A stretch of DNA of 64,000 nucleotides from Macrostomum lignano (lineage: Eukaryota): positions 124,001 to 188,000 of the forward strand of contig NIVC01001069.1 of assembly GCA_002269645.1 (NCBI GenBank), given 5' to 3'. The notes below the pieces were generated by a model. It searched no databases. It was not told where the DNA came from and saw only the letters and a list, made by a program, of their open reading frames with translations. Below are positions 48,089 through 60,654 of this stretch, piece after piece. How positions within the stretch are numbered: the first letter of the stretch is position 1; the number at the start of each line of letters is the position of its first letter. A program made the position numbers and the translations under genes.

Positions 48089-51000
48089 TCAAAGTCCATT
48101 GTAGACACGCTGAGCGGAGTCCTGCTTCAGCAGACGTTTGACAGCCTCTTTATCCTCGGGTGGCAGGGTTAGGCCCTTGGGAAATTCCACATCGAATGTG
48201 ATAAACAGGGAGCCTTTAACATTATTATTCTCATAATTTGGCATGCCTTCGTTGGCTTTGCGAAGCATCGCGCCAGGCCAAGTGACTTTCTCGCGTGTGA
48301 CGCGGACCTTGTGCCCGTCCAGATGTTCGATGTCCATGGAGAAACCATTCAGAGCGTCCACTAGGGTGATGCTCAGGTTGGTGTACAGGTCGTCGCCGCG
48401 GCGTTGGAATCGGGGATGCTTCAGCTGGTGGATGCGAAAGCGGAGGTCGCCCGGCTCGCCGTCGATGTGGGGCTCGCCTTCGGCCACGAACGGGTAGATC
48501 TGGGGGTGGAGGGCGCGGGATTGGCGCTTGTGTGTTGCGGCTTTGACATCATTGCCTGAAATAGTGGACTATTGCCTAAAATATAGGGTGATTATCCAGG
48601 AGTATAGAATTCTTTTCTAGGAGTAGAGATACCGACAACCCATTTTTAGTAGCTCGTATATGGACTAGCCATTTAGCCCCCCCCCCACGATGATTATCCA
48701 GGAATATATGGTGATTATCTATTAGTATAAAGTGATTATCCAGGAGTATAGTATGATTATCCAGGAATATAGGGTGGTTATCTATAAGTATAAAGTGATT
48801 ATCCAGGAGTATAGAATGATTATCCAGGAATATAGGGTGATTATCGATAAGTATAAAGTGATTATCCAGGAGTATAAGATGACTATCTAGGAATATAGGG
48901 TGATTATCTATAAGTATAAAGTTATTATCCAGGAGTATATGCCCATTGTTTTGAGAAGTATGGTGAATTCTATTAAAATTTTTTTATCGAACTCTCTTAT
49001 AATATTAATTTATTAAATTGGACATTGGGCGATTTTTAACATAGCTGATAGGTAAAGAGCGATTATTTCGACAATTTACGAGCTTAGGCAAGATTCCATT
49101 TATCGAAAGAAGACCAACCTGTCCATCTCTCATTCCAGGCTCAATCTCCAACTCCAGCAGCTTCTCCTCCGGAACTAACGTGACATTTTCGCACTCGTCG
49201 CAGACTTCCTCCTGGGTCATCTGGAACCGGCCCGGCCCCAGTGACCTCGTTCGCATCTCGTGCCGACAGTTGCAGCGACGCTTGCCCGGGGCCTTCTTCT
49301 TCACCGGCTTGTTGCGGACAATCTCCACGAAGTTGCCATTGTACAGTTCCTCCAAGGTCACGTCGAGGTCGACCACAACGTCGCCGCCTCGGGGAATCTC
49401 TCGCTCCTGGTTGCCGCCGCCAGTGTGGAATTGAAACATGTCGCCGAAGAACGACGAGAACGGGTCGCTGCCGCCCCGTCCAACGCCGTCCTTCAAGCCT
49501 TCCTCGCCGTGGGCGTCGTAGATTTTGCGCTTCTCCGGGTCCGACAGCACCTGGGGAATTACAAATTGGATTAATGGGGAATTACAATTCGGATAAAAGG
49601 GGTATTAGAAAATGGAGAAATAGGGAAGAAATAATTATAAGATTAGGGAATTACAAATTGCGTTAAATGGGGAATCACAAATTGGGGAATTACAATTCAG
49701 ATAAAAGGGCCATTAGAAATTGGATAAATGGGGAATCAAATGATTGAACAATTAGGGAATTACAAATTGGAAAATGGAAAATCATAAATGGTATTAAAGA
49801 AAAATACAAAATGGATGAAATGGAAATTACAAAGTGGTAATTCAAAACTGAAATTCAAAACAGTAGTTCACCATTTCCAAAAAAACAAATCATTACCTCA
49901 TAAGCAGCATTCAGATCGCGGAACCTCTCCTCAGCTTTGGGATCGTCCCGATTGCGATCCGGGTGCAGCTGTTTAGCCAGGCCTCGGTAGGCCTTCTTCA
50001 CCTGGTTAACAGTGGCCGCCCGTTGCACCCCAAGGATCTTGTAGAAGTCGCGACTGTTAAGGTGTGAAGTTTAATGCTAGTGAAACTTTTTTTGCCATGG
50101 GGTTTTTAAGTATCAGAATTACAGGGGGATAAATAGTGGTAGAACTCTTGACTAAACAGATTGTCAATCGACTTCTTAACCAATTCCACAAAGCCAGCTA
50201 CCATGCTCTCTAGTTTAATGGCATTCATTTCAAGAGCAAACAGAATGTTTTCATGAATCTAACTCCTTGAGCTGCTGGTTTTATTATTCTTGGATCATGG
50301 ATCAAAGTGACATTTACCTAACTAGACTGCTTCATATTGAGTATCTGAGTAACATAGTCAATTTGACAAAGGACCAAATAGCCAGAAGGATGGAGCATAA
50401 CATTCTATGCTTTCAAATGCAATACTGATCAAATAAGCTTGCTCATATTTAGCCAAATATATTTCTATTTTAGATATTTTAACTTAATATAAAATTAAAA
50501 TCCTAATACATCAAATAAGTATAAATATAAAACTTGCCTTGATTAGTTAATTTAATTATATCTAGATTTCAAAATACTTTAGAAAATATTTAACCAAGTT
50601 GCCTTGCTAAACAATTTAGTCCTAATAATTATTCATTATGAGTTTTATGATAAAACAAAGCTTATAATTTAGGTTAGGTGACAATTTTATTTGATAAGCA
50701 ATGGGGCAGGACTGCTAGCTAAATAATAGAAAGCTTATTTGATAGGTGCCAGCTAAAGAAGCACTGTCAATGCATTAACCTTGCTTTATTTATAATGAAT
50801 CTAATTTGACAATGGATCAAATTTTCAGCTAGTATTTTGTTAATTGGGGAGCCATTGCCCTTAGGTCACTTCATTAACTAGCCAATCAATAGACTTCTAA
50901 ATGTGGTCACTTTGTCAATTGTGTATAGGGGCATAACTAGGGAAGGGACACTAGGGACATATCTCCCCTAGGAGATGGACTTTTTTACTGCCTTTGCATT

Positions 51001-54000
51001 TTTGCTTCTATTGCTAACACTGAATAGATTGATGTCTTTGTCCCCCCTGATATAAATCCTAGCTATATATCTGGCTATGCATTATATACATATACCAAGG
51101 TAGAATTCATCCCAAAAACAAAAAACCCATTCTGCATAGAAAGTAAATAAAATAAATGCATGTGTAAAACTTGCATTTTATACTATTAATGCATAATATA
51201 TTTTTAAACTTGCAACCATATTTAAATCTTTCCTTGGCCTTAAATATGTTTGAATTTTCTAAATTATTTAAATTCAAATTCAAATTTTAAATTTAAAATT
51301 GAATTACAACAAAGTAAAAAGGATATTTTAAAAAAATAATGAATAATAATAAATAATTAGCCAATTAATAACTGAATATTACCCTTTAAAAATCATCACA
51401 ATATACTAAATCTCTAAGGTTTGTCTGTCTGACTGGTATTTCAGTCTTCATGACTAAAGACCTTTATACAGAGCTCAATTTTCCAAACACATTTGGCACC
51501 AAAGTAATTACCACACTCCAGATCATGTAGTATATGCCTAAAAATTTGGGTGTGCATTGGCTTTGCATGCCAAAAGTAGGCATGCACAATTGGCATGCAT
51601 CAATCCTAAAAAATAGTGTGTGTGCATACCTGGCATGTGCTTCATAGAATCACGTGACAGTTATTGTGAAATAGAAAAAAGATAAAAATAGGTTTATTTT
51701 AAGTGTAAAGTTCAAGCCTTCCAGGTTTTTAAGCTTGTAATGAAGCATTTAAACAAATCTTTTGCATATACTAATTTTCCACTATAAACTATATTGTTGA
51801 AAAAGCAGAAAAATAAACCAAATTATTTGCCAAAAAAGGTTCATAAAGCAAGTCAAAAAAGGTCACTTATAGTTATCATCACAATATAAAAAAGGTCATT
51901 TATTGTCACAATATAAAAAGGTCATTAATTTTTGCAAAACTGGCATAGTTTTGAGAAATAGGCATGCATTCAATTTTTTGGCATGCATTTATAATTATTT
52001 GATTTTTTTTATGCATGCACCTAGCATGATCCGGACTATGGAGTAATTATAATAAGCTTTAATTAAAAACTTTGTCAATTGCTGCTAATTTTGCCAAATA
52101 GATAGTTTATCAATTGCAAATATTGCTATCCCTACCAAATAATCACTTTGTCAACCATTTGAGGAAATATTAGTTGACAAAGTGATTAGGCTAGCATCCT
52201 AATATAATATGTATTGTGGGTGCGCAACCATATATACTTAACTCTATGTTCAATGTGTGGCCCGTCAGGCACATTGATTTGCAAAATGCATTATGCAATA
52301 ATCTAACATCCAATTTTTCTCACAGTGTGCATATTAATATATATAAATACAGGCCGTGGTCCAGAAAGACTCACTAATTTCTTTTCTAGCAACCAAACCT
52401 ACACATTCAATACACAACAATATGCAACATTTTTAAATGAAATCATGCAACATTTTTGTAATTGCAAAAACCTACATATGTAAACCCTTTAAAGTTGTAT
52501 AGGTTTACTAGAAATATGCTTACAAGTGTGCAAGTTTTTGTCAATACACCAGGAATGCATCTAGGATTTTGTATAAAATTCTATCCTAGGCCTTAGTGTT
52601 CTACTATAATTATGGCTACAGTTCTGGGAAAATTAGGGGTGGCACTTTTTTAAGCAAAATTTGGTTATGGATTGCGGCTACGAAGATCTTGCCAATTGGC
52701 GGCTATAGTTATAGATTATGGAGATTTGGAGCACTATATGTAATTTCCCATAATGTAATATAAAAATTAAAATAATAAATAATTAAATCTATTTTAACTA
52801 AAAAATGATTTTTTAGTAATTCATTATGCAATCAACTTTTATATTCTTTCCTAAAATAGATACATTATTGACTATTGGCCCATAACATATAAAATGTGTT
52901 TATATTTGTTGTACTAAACTAAACAAATCAACTTGATTCAAAAGAGAGTTTTCATTATTCACTTTTTGGCTTGATTGTCGTTGCACTTAAGTCTTTGCAT
53001 TATAACCAAATTATAAGTTTGGTTAAATAAATAGTTTAATGTAGTACAACAAAATATTTATTCAATATTTTTATGCAGATGTCATTTAGCAACAATTTTG
53101 TTATATATAATATGGCCATGGGAAAATTCAGAATATGGAGATTTTACTATCTAAAACATAACCAATTGCGGCTACGGAGATAGCATGATAAATTCGGTAC
53201 AGCTATGGCTATGGAGTTACAAAGGTAGGTGGTAGAACACTACTAGGCCCTAACCTTTAAGCCTAAGGCATCAGGGGCATAGCTAAGAATTTCCTATAGG
53301 GGGATATACCAAGGTGAATTTTCTATGGAGGGGACCAGGATGGAATTATTGCACGAAAATTGCAACATGTTTTTGCAATTGGGAAAATTGCGAAAAATTG
53401 CACAATGCAAAAAAAAATTGCGCACCTGTACAGGCTGCAAAATATGCAACAAAAATTACAAATTATTTTATGACTGTTTGCACAGTTTAAATTACTGACT
53501 TTACAGTATTAAATGTAGAATTACTACAAAAACATAACATTTCATAGTTTGTTATTTACGAACTATTCAAATTTAAAATTTTTAGGCCCTACTTAAAAAA
53601 CAAAGATAATCAGTCTTCTATTTATTGTAACGAGTCGTCTGAAAATGAAAGTATGAGACTATCGCAAAACATTATTATGACAATTGGTAATGCCAAAAAT
53701 TGCACCACTAAATTTTGTTTAAGATTGTAAAAATTGCATTTGGTTCAATATGGAATTGTGCGCCAAAAAAGTCACAATTTTCTGTTTCATATGCTACCTA
53801 GATGCAAGAATTCCATGCTGGTGGGGGGATATGGGGGTGCTATGACAGAGTCACTTGGTAGCATGTATAGCAACAAAGGGCAAAAAAAATTTGGTCAGGC
53901 TCTTCAGGGGGAATACATCCCTACTATCCCCCCTCCCTACACCCTTGTAATGTAAGGTATGTATTAAGCAAGTGGCTATCAACAAAATATCTTGTCACAA

Positions 54001-54244
54001 AAGTGACTGTAATCCAAAACTTAAGCAAGACATTTAGACAAATTGCCTATAGAAGTATAGGGCCAGATCTTTAGTAGGGGGCCTAGGCCCTCCTGTCCTG
54101 AGGCCTCCTTTCAAATGGCATACATGTGACTGATAGGGCCTACATTTAGAAAGTAAAAAAATACTAAATATCTTACCCAGCAAAGCCATAATCAGTTAGA
54201 AGTACAAGAATAATAATGACAATAATATTGATATTCACGCGCAT
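48089..54244 (-). CDS. DNAJB11: DnaJ homolog subfamily B member 11 (ERdj3), 355 aa; exons 54244-54177, 50053-49897, 49550-49119, 48499-48089
   Basis: Signal peptide [23 protein letters not shown]; J domain RDFYKILGV...LHPDRN...AYE|[12 protein letters not shown]; Cys-rich CNCRHEM...QEEVCDEC; C-terminal DnaJ domain ending QRVYNGL. Phases are consistent (1068 nt). Confidence 0.94.
48690..48940. repeat. Degenerate GTGATTATCCAGGAGTATA repeat in DNAJB11 intron 3
   Basis: Imperfect tandem units. Confidence 0.8.
51511..52041. mobile_element. MITE, 531 bp, 8-bp TSD (hAT- or P-like)
   Basis: Imperfect TIRs CCACACTCCAGATCATGTAG versus CCATAGTCCGGATCATGCTAG (reverse complement of the right end). AGTAATTA flanks both sides (51503-51510 and 52042-52049). 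Confidence 0.78.
52594..53242. mobile_element. hAT-like MITE, 649 bp
   Basis: TIRs TAGTGTTCTACTA ... TGGTAGAACACTA; 8-bp TSD CTAGGCCT/CTAGGCCC; internal repeated GGCTAC/GGCTAT motifs. Confidence 0.82.
53274..53948. mobile_element. Possible degenerate MITE (CAGGGGCATAGCT...CTACACCCTTG); a shorter relative lies at ~50925-51075
   Basis: Only partial terminal complementarity; no clear TSD. Confidence 0.4.
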
Positions 54245-55732
54245 TGTTTTTGTAAACTGAAGGTATAGAGTCTAGATTTTACTTTGTTTATGAGCTACAG
54301 AGCTGGGTCTAGCCAATCGAAGTCTAAATGGATTCGCTATAGATTTAACCTATTGTCATTGATATTTTATATTAGGGCCTAATAAATTAGAATTTTAGTG
54401 ACTTTCTAATTCTTATACTAAACCATTTGTTATTAGCTTTAACAACGGCTATTGACTAAATAGACATCAACTACCACTTCGTATCGTGTCAATTCAGCTC
54501 GTTAACTTCGCAGTGAAAAATGACAAAATTTTCTGAAAATAGCATTTAAACTACCGCGAAGTGCGCCAGATCAAGATAAGTACAACAAATATAAAAAGCT
54601 TAGTCTTTAAACTAATATTATTTATTTTAAAACTAACTAATTCGGGTTAAAAAAATTTACGGAAACACGAAAGAAAAACTAATAGATTTAATGAATTTTT
54701 ATCACGATAGGTTTTGGCGCCGTTTTAATTAACACGATAAACACTGCGCGGCCCATTCTGCAGAAACGCAGAAAAGCGTCAAGTCAACGTTTCAACTCAA
54801 TGCCCTTGTAAAAGTTAGACTCCTTTGTGAATGAATTTTTGCCTACCAATGTTTAAAATGCACAACGGGCGAATCAGATTTTTTAAACGCTGCCTAAGGG
54901 CGATTTGTACTCTTTTTATTATGTTTCAAATTCATTCGCAACTCTAGAAAATGTAACAAGCATACATGTAGATGCTCTTCTAAAAGTTAAGTTTAGCTGA
55001 TGACTTTAATTTAGCTATTCAAATAACAATTTTTTTATTAAATGCACTTTCTTTTTGGATATAGAATCATAAATATATAATAGATAACTAGTAACGGACG
55101 AGTTAATACTAATTTTTGTATATTTATTGTACGATAGTTATTGAAAGTTTAAAGTTAAAAAGCACTTCTAGTGATCCTTGGTAAATATTTCCTTAAAATA
55201 ACTATGCAAAATGCTTGAATCGGCAAATTAACAATTTTATTAATTTACAATTAACAGAATTTTAAGTTCATTGTTGGTATAATAATGGTGCCCATTGTAC
55301 AAATATTTTCTTTGAAGACGTCTATCGTTCGTACTTTAAGAATTTTGGAATTGTTATGCATATAGCTGCTAGTTTTAAAATGTGCCTTCAATTGTTTTAC
55401 CACTGTCAGCTCGTAATGTAAGCAAAAACACGTCCACACAAAATATTTTCTAGCATATTTTTATGATAAAGAGAAGGGTGCATAAAAGTAAATGTATTAA
55501 AATTTAAGTAAGTTTTTAATGAGCTATATTACAGTGTTGGTTTTCATTTTTTCGTTTCATCTTTTCTGGTGTACTTTTTTGCAAATACTCGTATGAAGCG
55601 AAAAATTTGTAGATATAGTTACCGATCATATATGATAATTAAACCCAACATACTCTTACCTGGAATTGACTTGGAGAAGAAATAGATTAGCTACTAAAAA
55701 CTAACAGAAAACGAAAAATTTCTTCTCAGGCG

Positions 55733-56470
55733 ATGCGATTCGAAGGCAAGAGATTCCTCATCACTGGCTGCAACCGGGGCATCGGCCGCGACCTCGCCAT
55801 TTCGTTGGCCAAGCAAGGCGCCGAAGTGGTCGCCTTGTGCCGTTCCGGCCTGTCCGATCTACCGGCGGCTTGCCCCGACCCGGAAGCCCGAGCTCGCCTG
55901 CGCCCCGTGCAGTGCGACCTGAACGATTGGTCGGCCACGCGAAGCCTCGTCCTGAGCCTTGGTCGATTCGATGGTGTTGTTAACAATGCAGGCGTTTCCA
56001 AAAATGAGGCAGTCGGTTCCATCACTGAGGAAAATTTGCAAAACTTGTTTCGCGTCAATCTATTCGCCGCGATCAATGTCGGCCAGACGGCCGCCGAGTC
56101 GATGCAGAGCGGCGCCAGCATAGTGAACATCTCATCGCAGGCCAGCTTCATGGCGCTGCCAGGCCATACGGCCTACGCGGCTTCGAAAGCGGCGCTGGAC
56201 TCGGTAACTCGCAGTTTTGCTTCCGAGCTGGGCAAACGCGGCATTCGATGCAATTCTGTCAACCCTGGCGTGGTAATGACGGACATGAGCCGGGCTTATT
56301 GGTCAAATCCGCAGGTTGGCGAGCCCATGCTCGCCAGGGCGCCGCTTGGCCGATTTGCCGAGGTACCCGAAGTTGTTTCCGTTGTTGAATTCCTACTGAG
56401 CGACGAAGCCAGCATGGTTAATGGCGTGGTGCTACCAGTAGAGGGCGGAGTTTCTGTTAACCAGCTCTGA
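55733..56470 (+). CDS. DCXR: Classical SDR, L-xylulose reductase/DCXR-like, 245 aa, intronless
   Basis: TGCNRGIG, NNAG, VNISS, YAASK, NSVNPGVVMTDM, PLGRFAEVPEVV, LPVEGG. DLNDWSAT and WSNP match DCXR-family features. Confidence 0.88.
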   Translation: MRFEGKRFLITGCNRGIGRDLAISLAKQGAEVVALCRSGLSDLPAACPDPEARARLRPVQCDLNDWSATRSLVLSLGRFDGVVNNAGVSKNEAVGSITEENLQNLFRVNLFAAINVGQTAAESMQSGASIVNISSQASFMALPGHTAYAASKAALDSVTRSFASELGKRGIRCNSVNPGVVMTDMSRAYWSNPQVGEPMLARAPLGRFAEVPEVVSVVEFLLSDEASMVNGVVLPVEGGVSVNQL

Positions 56471-57613
56471 TTTATGCTAACTATTACCTAAATTTACTAG
56501 TGGTAAAACGTCAGTACTATATAGTATAATTACCGAAACAGTTTTCTTGTGACTGACTGAGCGACTTGCGTCAGATCGACGTGCAAATTTTCAGTAGAAA
56601 TTAACGTCCTTAATTGATCGCTCTCATGCACTACTTGGGCTCAAATGACTGGATTCCGTATTACTGGGATTACTGGCTTAGCTAGAAAATCAATTAGCTA
56701 CTTTTGATTGATAGTTTCGTAAGAATTATGAATGTGTCGTGTGCTATAATTCCTAATTTCCAAGTTCTTCTTGTTTGCCAATTCGAAACGAGTCACACTT
56801 CCACACAGCATTAATTGATCAGGGAATCGCAATAAATTTCTAATCATCTTGATTATTCTTCCAATAACAGCTTATAAAAAAACACAAAAATATTTACGGT
56901 GACTTGAATTGTATATTTTGCTTTTCGGGGGGGGGGCGATTTCTCAAGATCTGAATTTCACAATGTTTAAAAGATTTAGATGCCTTTAAAGTTGTTTAAT
57001 CCCAGCTATACAAGGGTTTTAAAAATCTGTATCCTCTCTAATGGCATCTCAGGATGAGAGCAGCATTCATTTGGTTGATATAATTTTATGGACTGCAAGG
57101 CTATATCTAACTCGTGCTGTATTAGCTATAGCGTACCTTAGAACGACATGTATAAAGAAAGATATGGCAAATTTGTTAACAAGCGTTTCGTTATATCGTT
57201 TAGCTACATTATGTAAGCGAACTGGTTCAGAGCCTTAAGAGCCTGACCTAGGAATACTTCTACTATCTCACATATTATCTACTACTACGAATCAAGATTG
57301 TAACTATTTTATATTAATTTGGACTTGCTGCACAGATTAGGACTTTCAGTGCAATTTGGTCTGTTTGTGCAATTACGAGTATAGCTACTCGGGCTCCAAT
57401 TGTGCGATAGTGGCTCCTGATAGTGCGTGCGGCTTGGGAGTGCTTGCCAATTCTATTCCTGCAGCAGGGAATGCATGGTTTTGTTGCATAGCTGAATAAT
57501 AGAATAGACAAATATAGATAAATTAATCATTGGTTTTTACTTCATTAGTCAAAGGCAAAGCATTCGAACTAAAAGCCTCTACCAAATGACATGAAGAGGA
57601 TGACATTTAAATT

Positions 57614-58473
57614 TCAATTGAGCACTCCAGCAGGGTCTGCGATCGCCTTCGAATTGCCTTCGGTAGCAGCCGCGGCGGCCAAGCCGGCCCTGCGACTCAT
57701 CTCCTCAATCGAGTAGGTGCTCGTCAGCTCGTTGTAGAGCTCATCCAGCCCAACTTCCTGGTCAGTGGCTTCGCCTTGGCTTTCGCTGGAGTCACCTCTG
57801 CCCAATGAGTTTGCTTTCGATTTCGCTGCCGCCTTGGCTACCGCAACTGCGGTGGTGGCGACGGCTGCACCGGCGGACGTCTTGCCGGCTTTCAGTGCGG
57901 TTCGACCCGGTGCAGCTGCGGCAGACGTTGTCGAGTTCGCAGCCATTGCCAGCGGAGTTAAGGAGCGCCGCCTGGGTGGCTCCGGCTGTTGCTGCTGCTT
58001 GGGCGTCAGTCTGCCGGCTGGAGTCTGCCGACTAGCTGTCGGATTCGGCGTCCGGGCCTGTCGGTTTGGCGACGTCCGGCTGCTGCTGCCGCGGGCGTCG
58101 GTCTTGGACAGAGGCTTCAGTCGGTGTTGCTGCTGCTGCTGCTGCTGGCAACTGCTGGACCGGCGTCGTTTCACCAGCTTCTCGGCTGCCGGACTAAACA
58201 GAGCAACCTCGGGCGTTGTGCAGCCCTGCGCTCTGGCCCACTGCTCCGCCGTTCGACCGGTCCGTTCGTCAGTTTTAGACACAGATGCGTGGCCCTCGAT
58301 GGCCAGCAGCGAAGCGCTTTCGGTGAAGCCGTTCTTAGCGGCAATCAGCATGGCTGTGAAGCCTTCCTTGTTCACGCGGTCAATGTCGAGACCGAGGCGT
58401 CGGAAACATTTGATTAGTATGCCGATGCCAGTGTCGTTGCCAACTCTGGCGCAGTGCATCAGGGGCGTGTTAC
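57614..58473 (-). CDS. Terminal exon of an ankyrin-repeat protein (ANKRD63-like); upstream exons not found in the window
   Basis: Acceptor at 58474-58475, then GNTPLMHCARVGND...KCFRRLGLDIDRVNKEGFTAMLIAAKNG, followed by a low-complexity tail. FRRLGL...DR.N..G.TA recalls ANKRD63 (from memory). Confidence 0.8.
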
Positions 58474-58519
58474 CTGCGAATTAATGCATAAGAGAGGGAT
58501 TGTTTTCATGTGGGAGCGG

Positions 58520-60355
58520 TGGTAAACCATCCAGGTAATTCAAGTGTGAGCTGTGGTAGAGCATCCAGGTGATTCAAGTGTGAGCTGTGGTAAACCATCC
58601 AGGTGATTTAAGTGTGAGCTGGTGATTCAATTGTGAGCTATGGTAAACCATCCAGGTAATTCAAGTGTGAGCTCTGGTAGAGCATCCAGGTGATTCAAGT
58701 TTGAGCTGTGGTAGAGCATCCAGGTGATTCAAGTTTGAGCTGTGGTAGAGCATCCAGGTGATTCAAGTTTGAGCTGTGGTAGAGCATCCAGGTGATTCAA
58801 GTTTGAGCTGTGGTAGAGCATCCAGGTGATTCAAGTGTGAGCTGTGGTAGAGCATCCAGGTGATTCAAGTGTGAGCTGTGGTAGAGCATCCAGGTGATTC
58901 AAGTGTGAGCTGTGGTAGAGCATCCAGGTGATTCAAGTGTGAGCTGTGGTAGAGCATCCAGGTGATTCAAGTGTGAGCGGTGGTAAACCATCCAGGTGAT
59001 TCAATTGTGAGCTATGGTAAACCATCCAGGTGATTCAATTGTGAGCTATGGTAAACCATCCAGGTGATTCAAGTGTGAGCTGTGGTAGAGCATCCAGGTG
59101 ATTCAATTGTGAGCTATGGTAAACCATCCAGGTGATTCAATTGTGAGCTATGGTAAACCATCCAGGTGATTCAATTGTGAGCTATGGTAAACCATCCAGG
59201 TGATTCAATTGTGAGCTATGGTAAACCATCCAGGTGATTCAATTGTGAGCTGTGGTAAACCATCCAGGTGATTCAATTGTGAGCTGTGGTAAACCATCCA
59301 GGTAATTCAAGTGTGAGCTGTGGTAGAGCATCCAGGTGATTCAAGTGTGAGCTGTGGTAAACCATCCAGGTGATTCAATTGTGAGCTATGGTAAACCATC
59401 CAGGTGATTCAATTGTGAGCTGTGGTAAACCATCCAGGTGATTCAATTGTGAGCTATGGTAAACCATCCAGGTGATTCAATTGTGAGCTATGGTAAACCA
59501 TCCAGGTGATTCAATTGTGAGCTATGGTAAACCATCCAGGTGATTCAATTGTGAGCTGTGGTAAACCATCCAGGTGATTCAATTGTGAGCTGTGGTAAAC
59601 CATCCAGGTAATTCAAGTGTGAGCTGTGGTAGAGCATCCAGGTGATTCAAGTGTGAGCTGTGGTAAACCATCCAGGTGATTTAAGTGTGAGCTGGTGATT
59701 CAATTGTGAGCTATGGTAAACCATCCAGGTAATTCAAGTGTGAGCTCTGGTAGAGCATCCAGGTGATTCAAGTTTGAGCTGTGGTAGAGCATCCAGGTGA
59801 TTCAAGTTTGAGCTGTGGTAGAGCATCCAGGTGATTCAAGTTTGAGCTGTGGTAGAGCATTCAGGTGATTCAAGTTTGAGCTGTGGTAGAGCATCCAGGT
59901 GATTCAAGTGTGAGCTGTGGTAGAGCATCCAGGTGATTCAAGTGTGAGCTGTGGTAGAGCATCCAGGTGATTCAAGTGTGAGCTGTGGTAGAGCATCCAG
60001 GTGATTCAAGTGTGAGCTGTGGTAGAGCATCCAGGTGATTCAAGTGTGAGCGGTGGTAAACCATCCAGGTGATTCAATTGTGAGCTATGGTAAACCATCC
60101 AGGTGATTCAATTGTGAGCTATGGTAAACCATCCAGGTAATTCAATTGTGAGCTATGGTAAACCATCCAGGTAATTCAATTGTGAGCTATGGTAAACCAT
60201 CCAGGTGATTCAATTGTGAGCTATGGTAAACCATCCAGGTGATTTAAGTGTGAGATCTGGTAAATCATCCAGGTGATTTAAGTGTGAGCTGGTGATTCAA
60301 GTGTGAGCTGTGGTAAACGATCCATGTGATTCAAGTGTGAGCTGTGGTAGAGCAA
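58520..60355. repeat. 34-bp minisatellite (CATCCAGGTGATTCAAGTGTGAGCTGTGGTAGAG)
   Basis: Tandem units with two main variants; probably intronic to the ankyrin gene. Confidence 0.96.
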
Positions 60356-60654
60356 CTAACTCTAGACTCTAATTAGAAGTTGAATACGTCTCTAGTCCAA
60401 TGGAAACTTTTTCAAATGACAACAAAATTCTAGCTAAGGTGTCTTTAAAAGCACCCTATAAAAAAGCAATTCCATCGCAGTTAATGACTCGGCTTCCGCT
60501 GCTAATTCCTAAGCTAGAGATGTCACATGACATTGCGTGCCAGGTGAATCCAATTTTTTTAGAGGAGCGCACCCGATTGCCTATAGTTATTTGGGACAAG
60601 ATCACGCATTTACTGACAAATCTCGTTGTAGAATACTGTCCGGCACTTTTTCAA

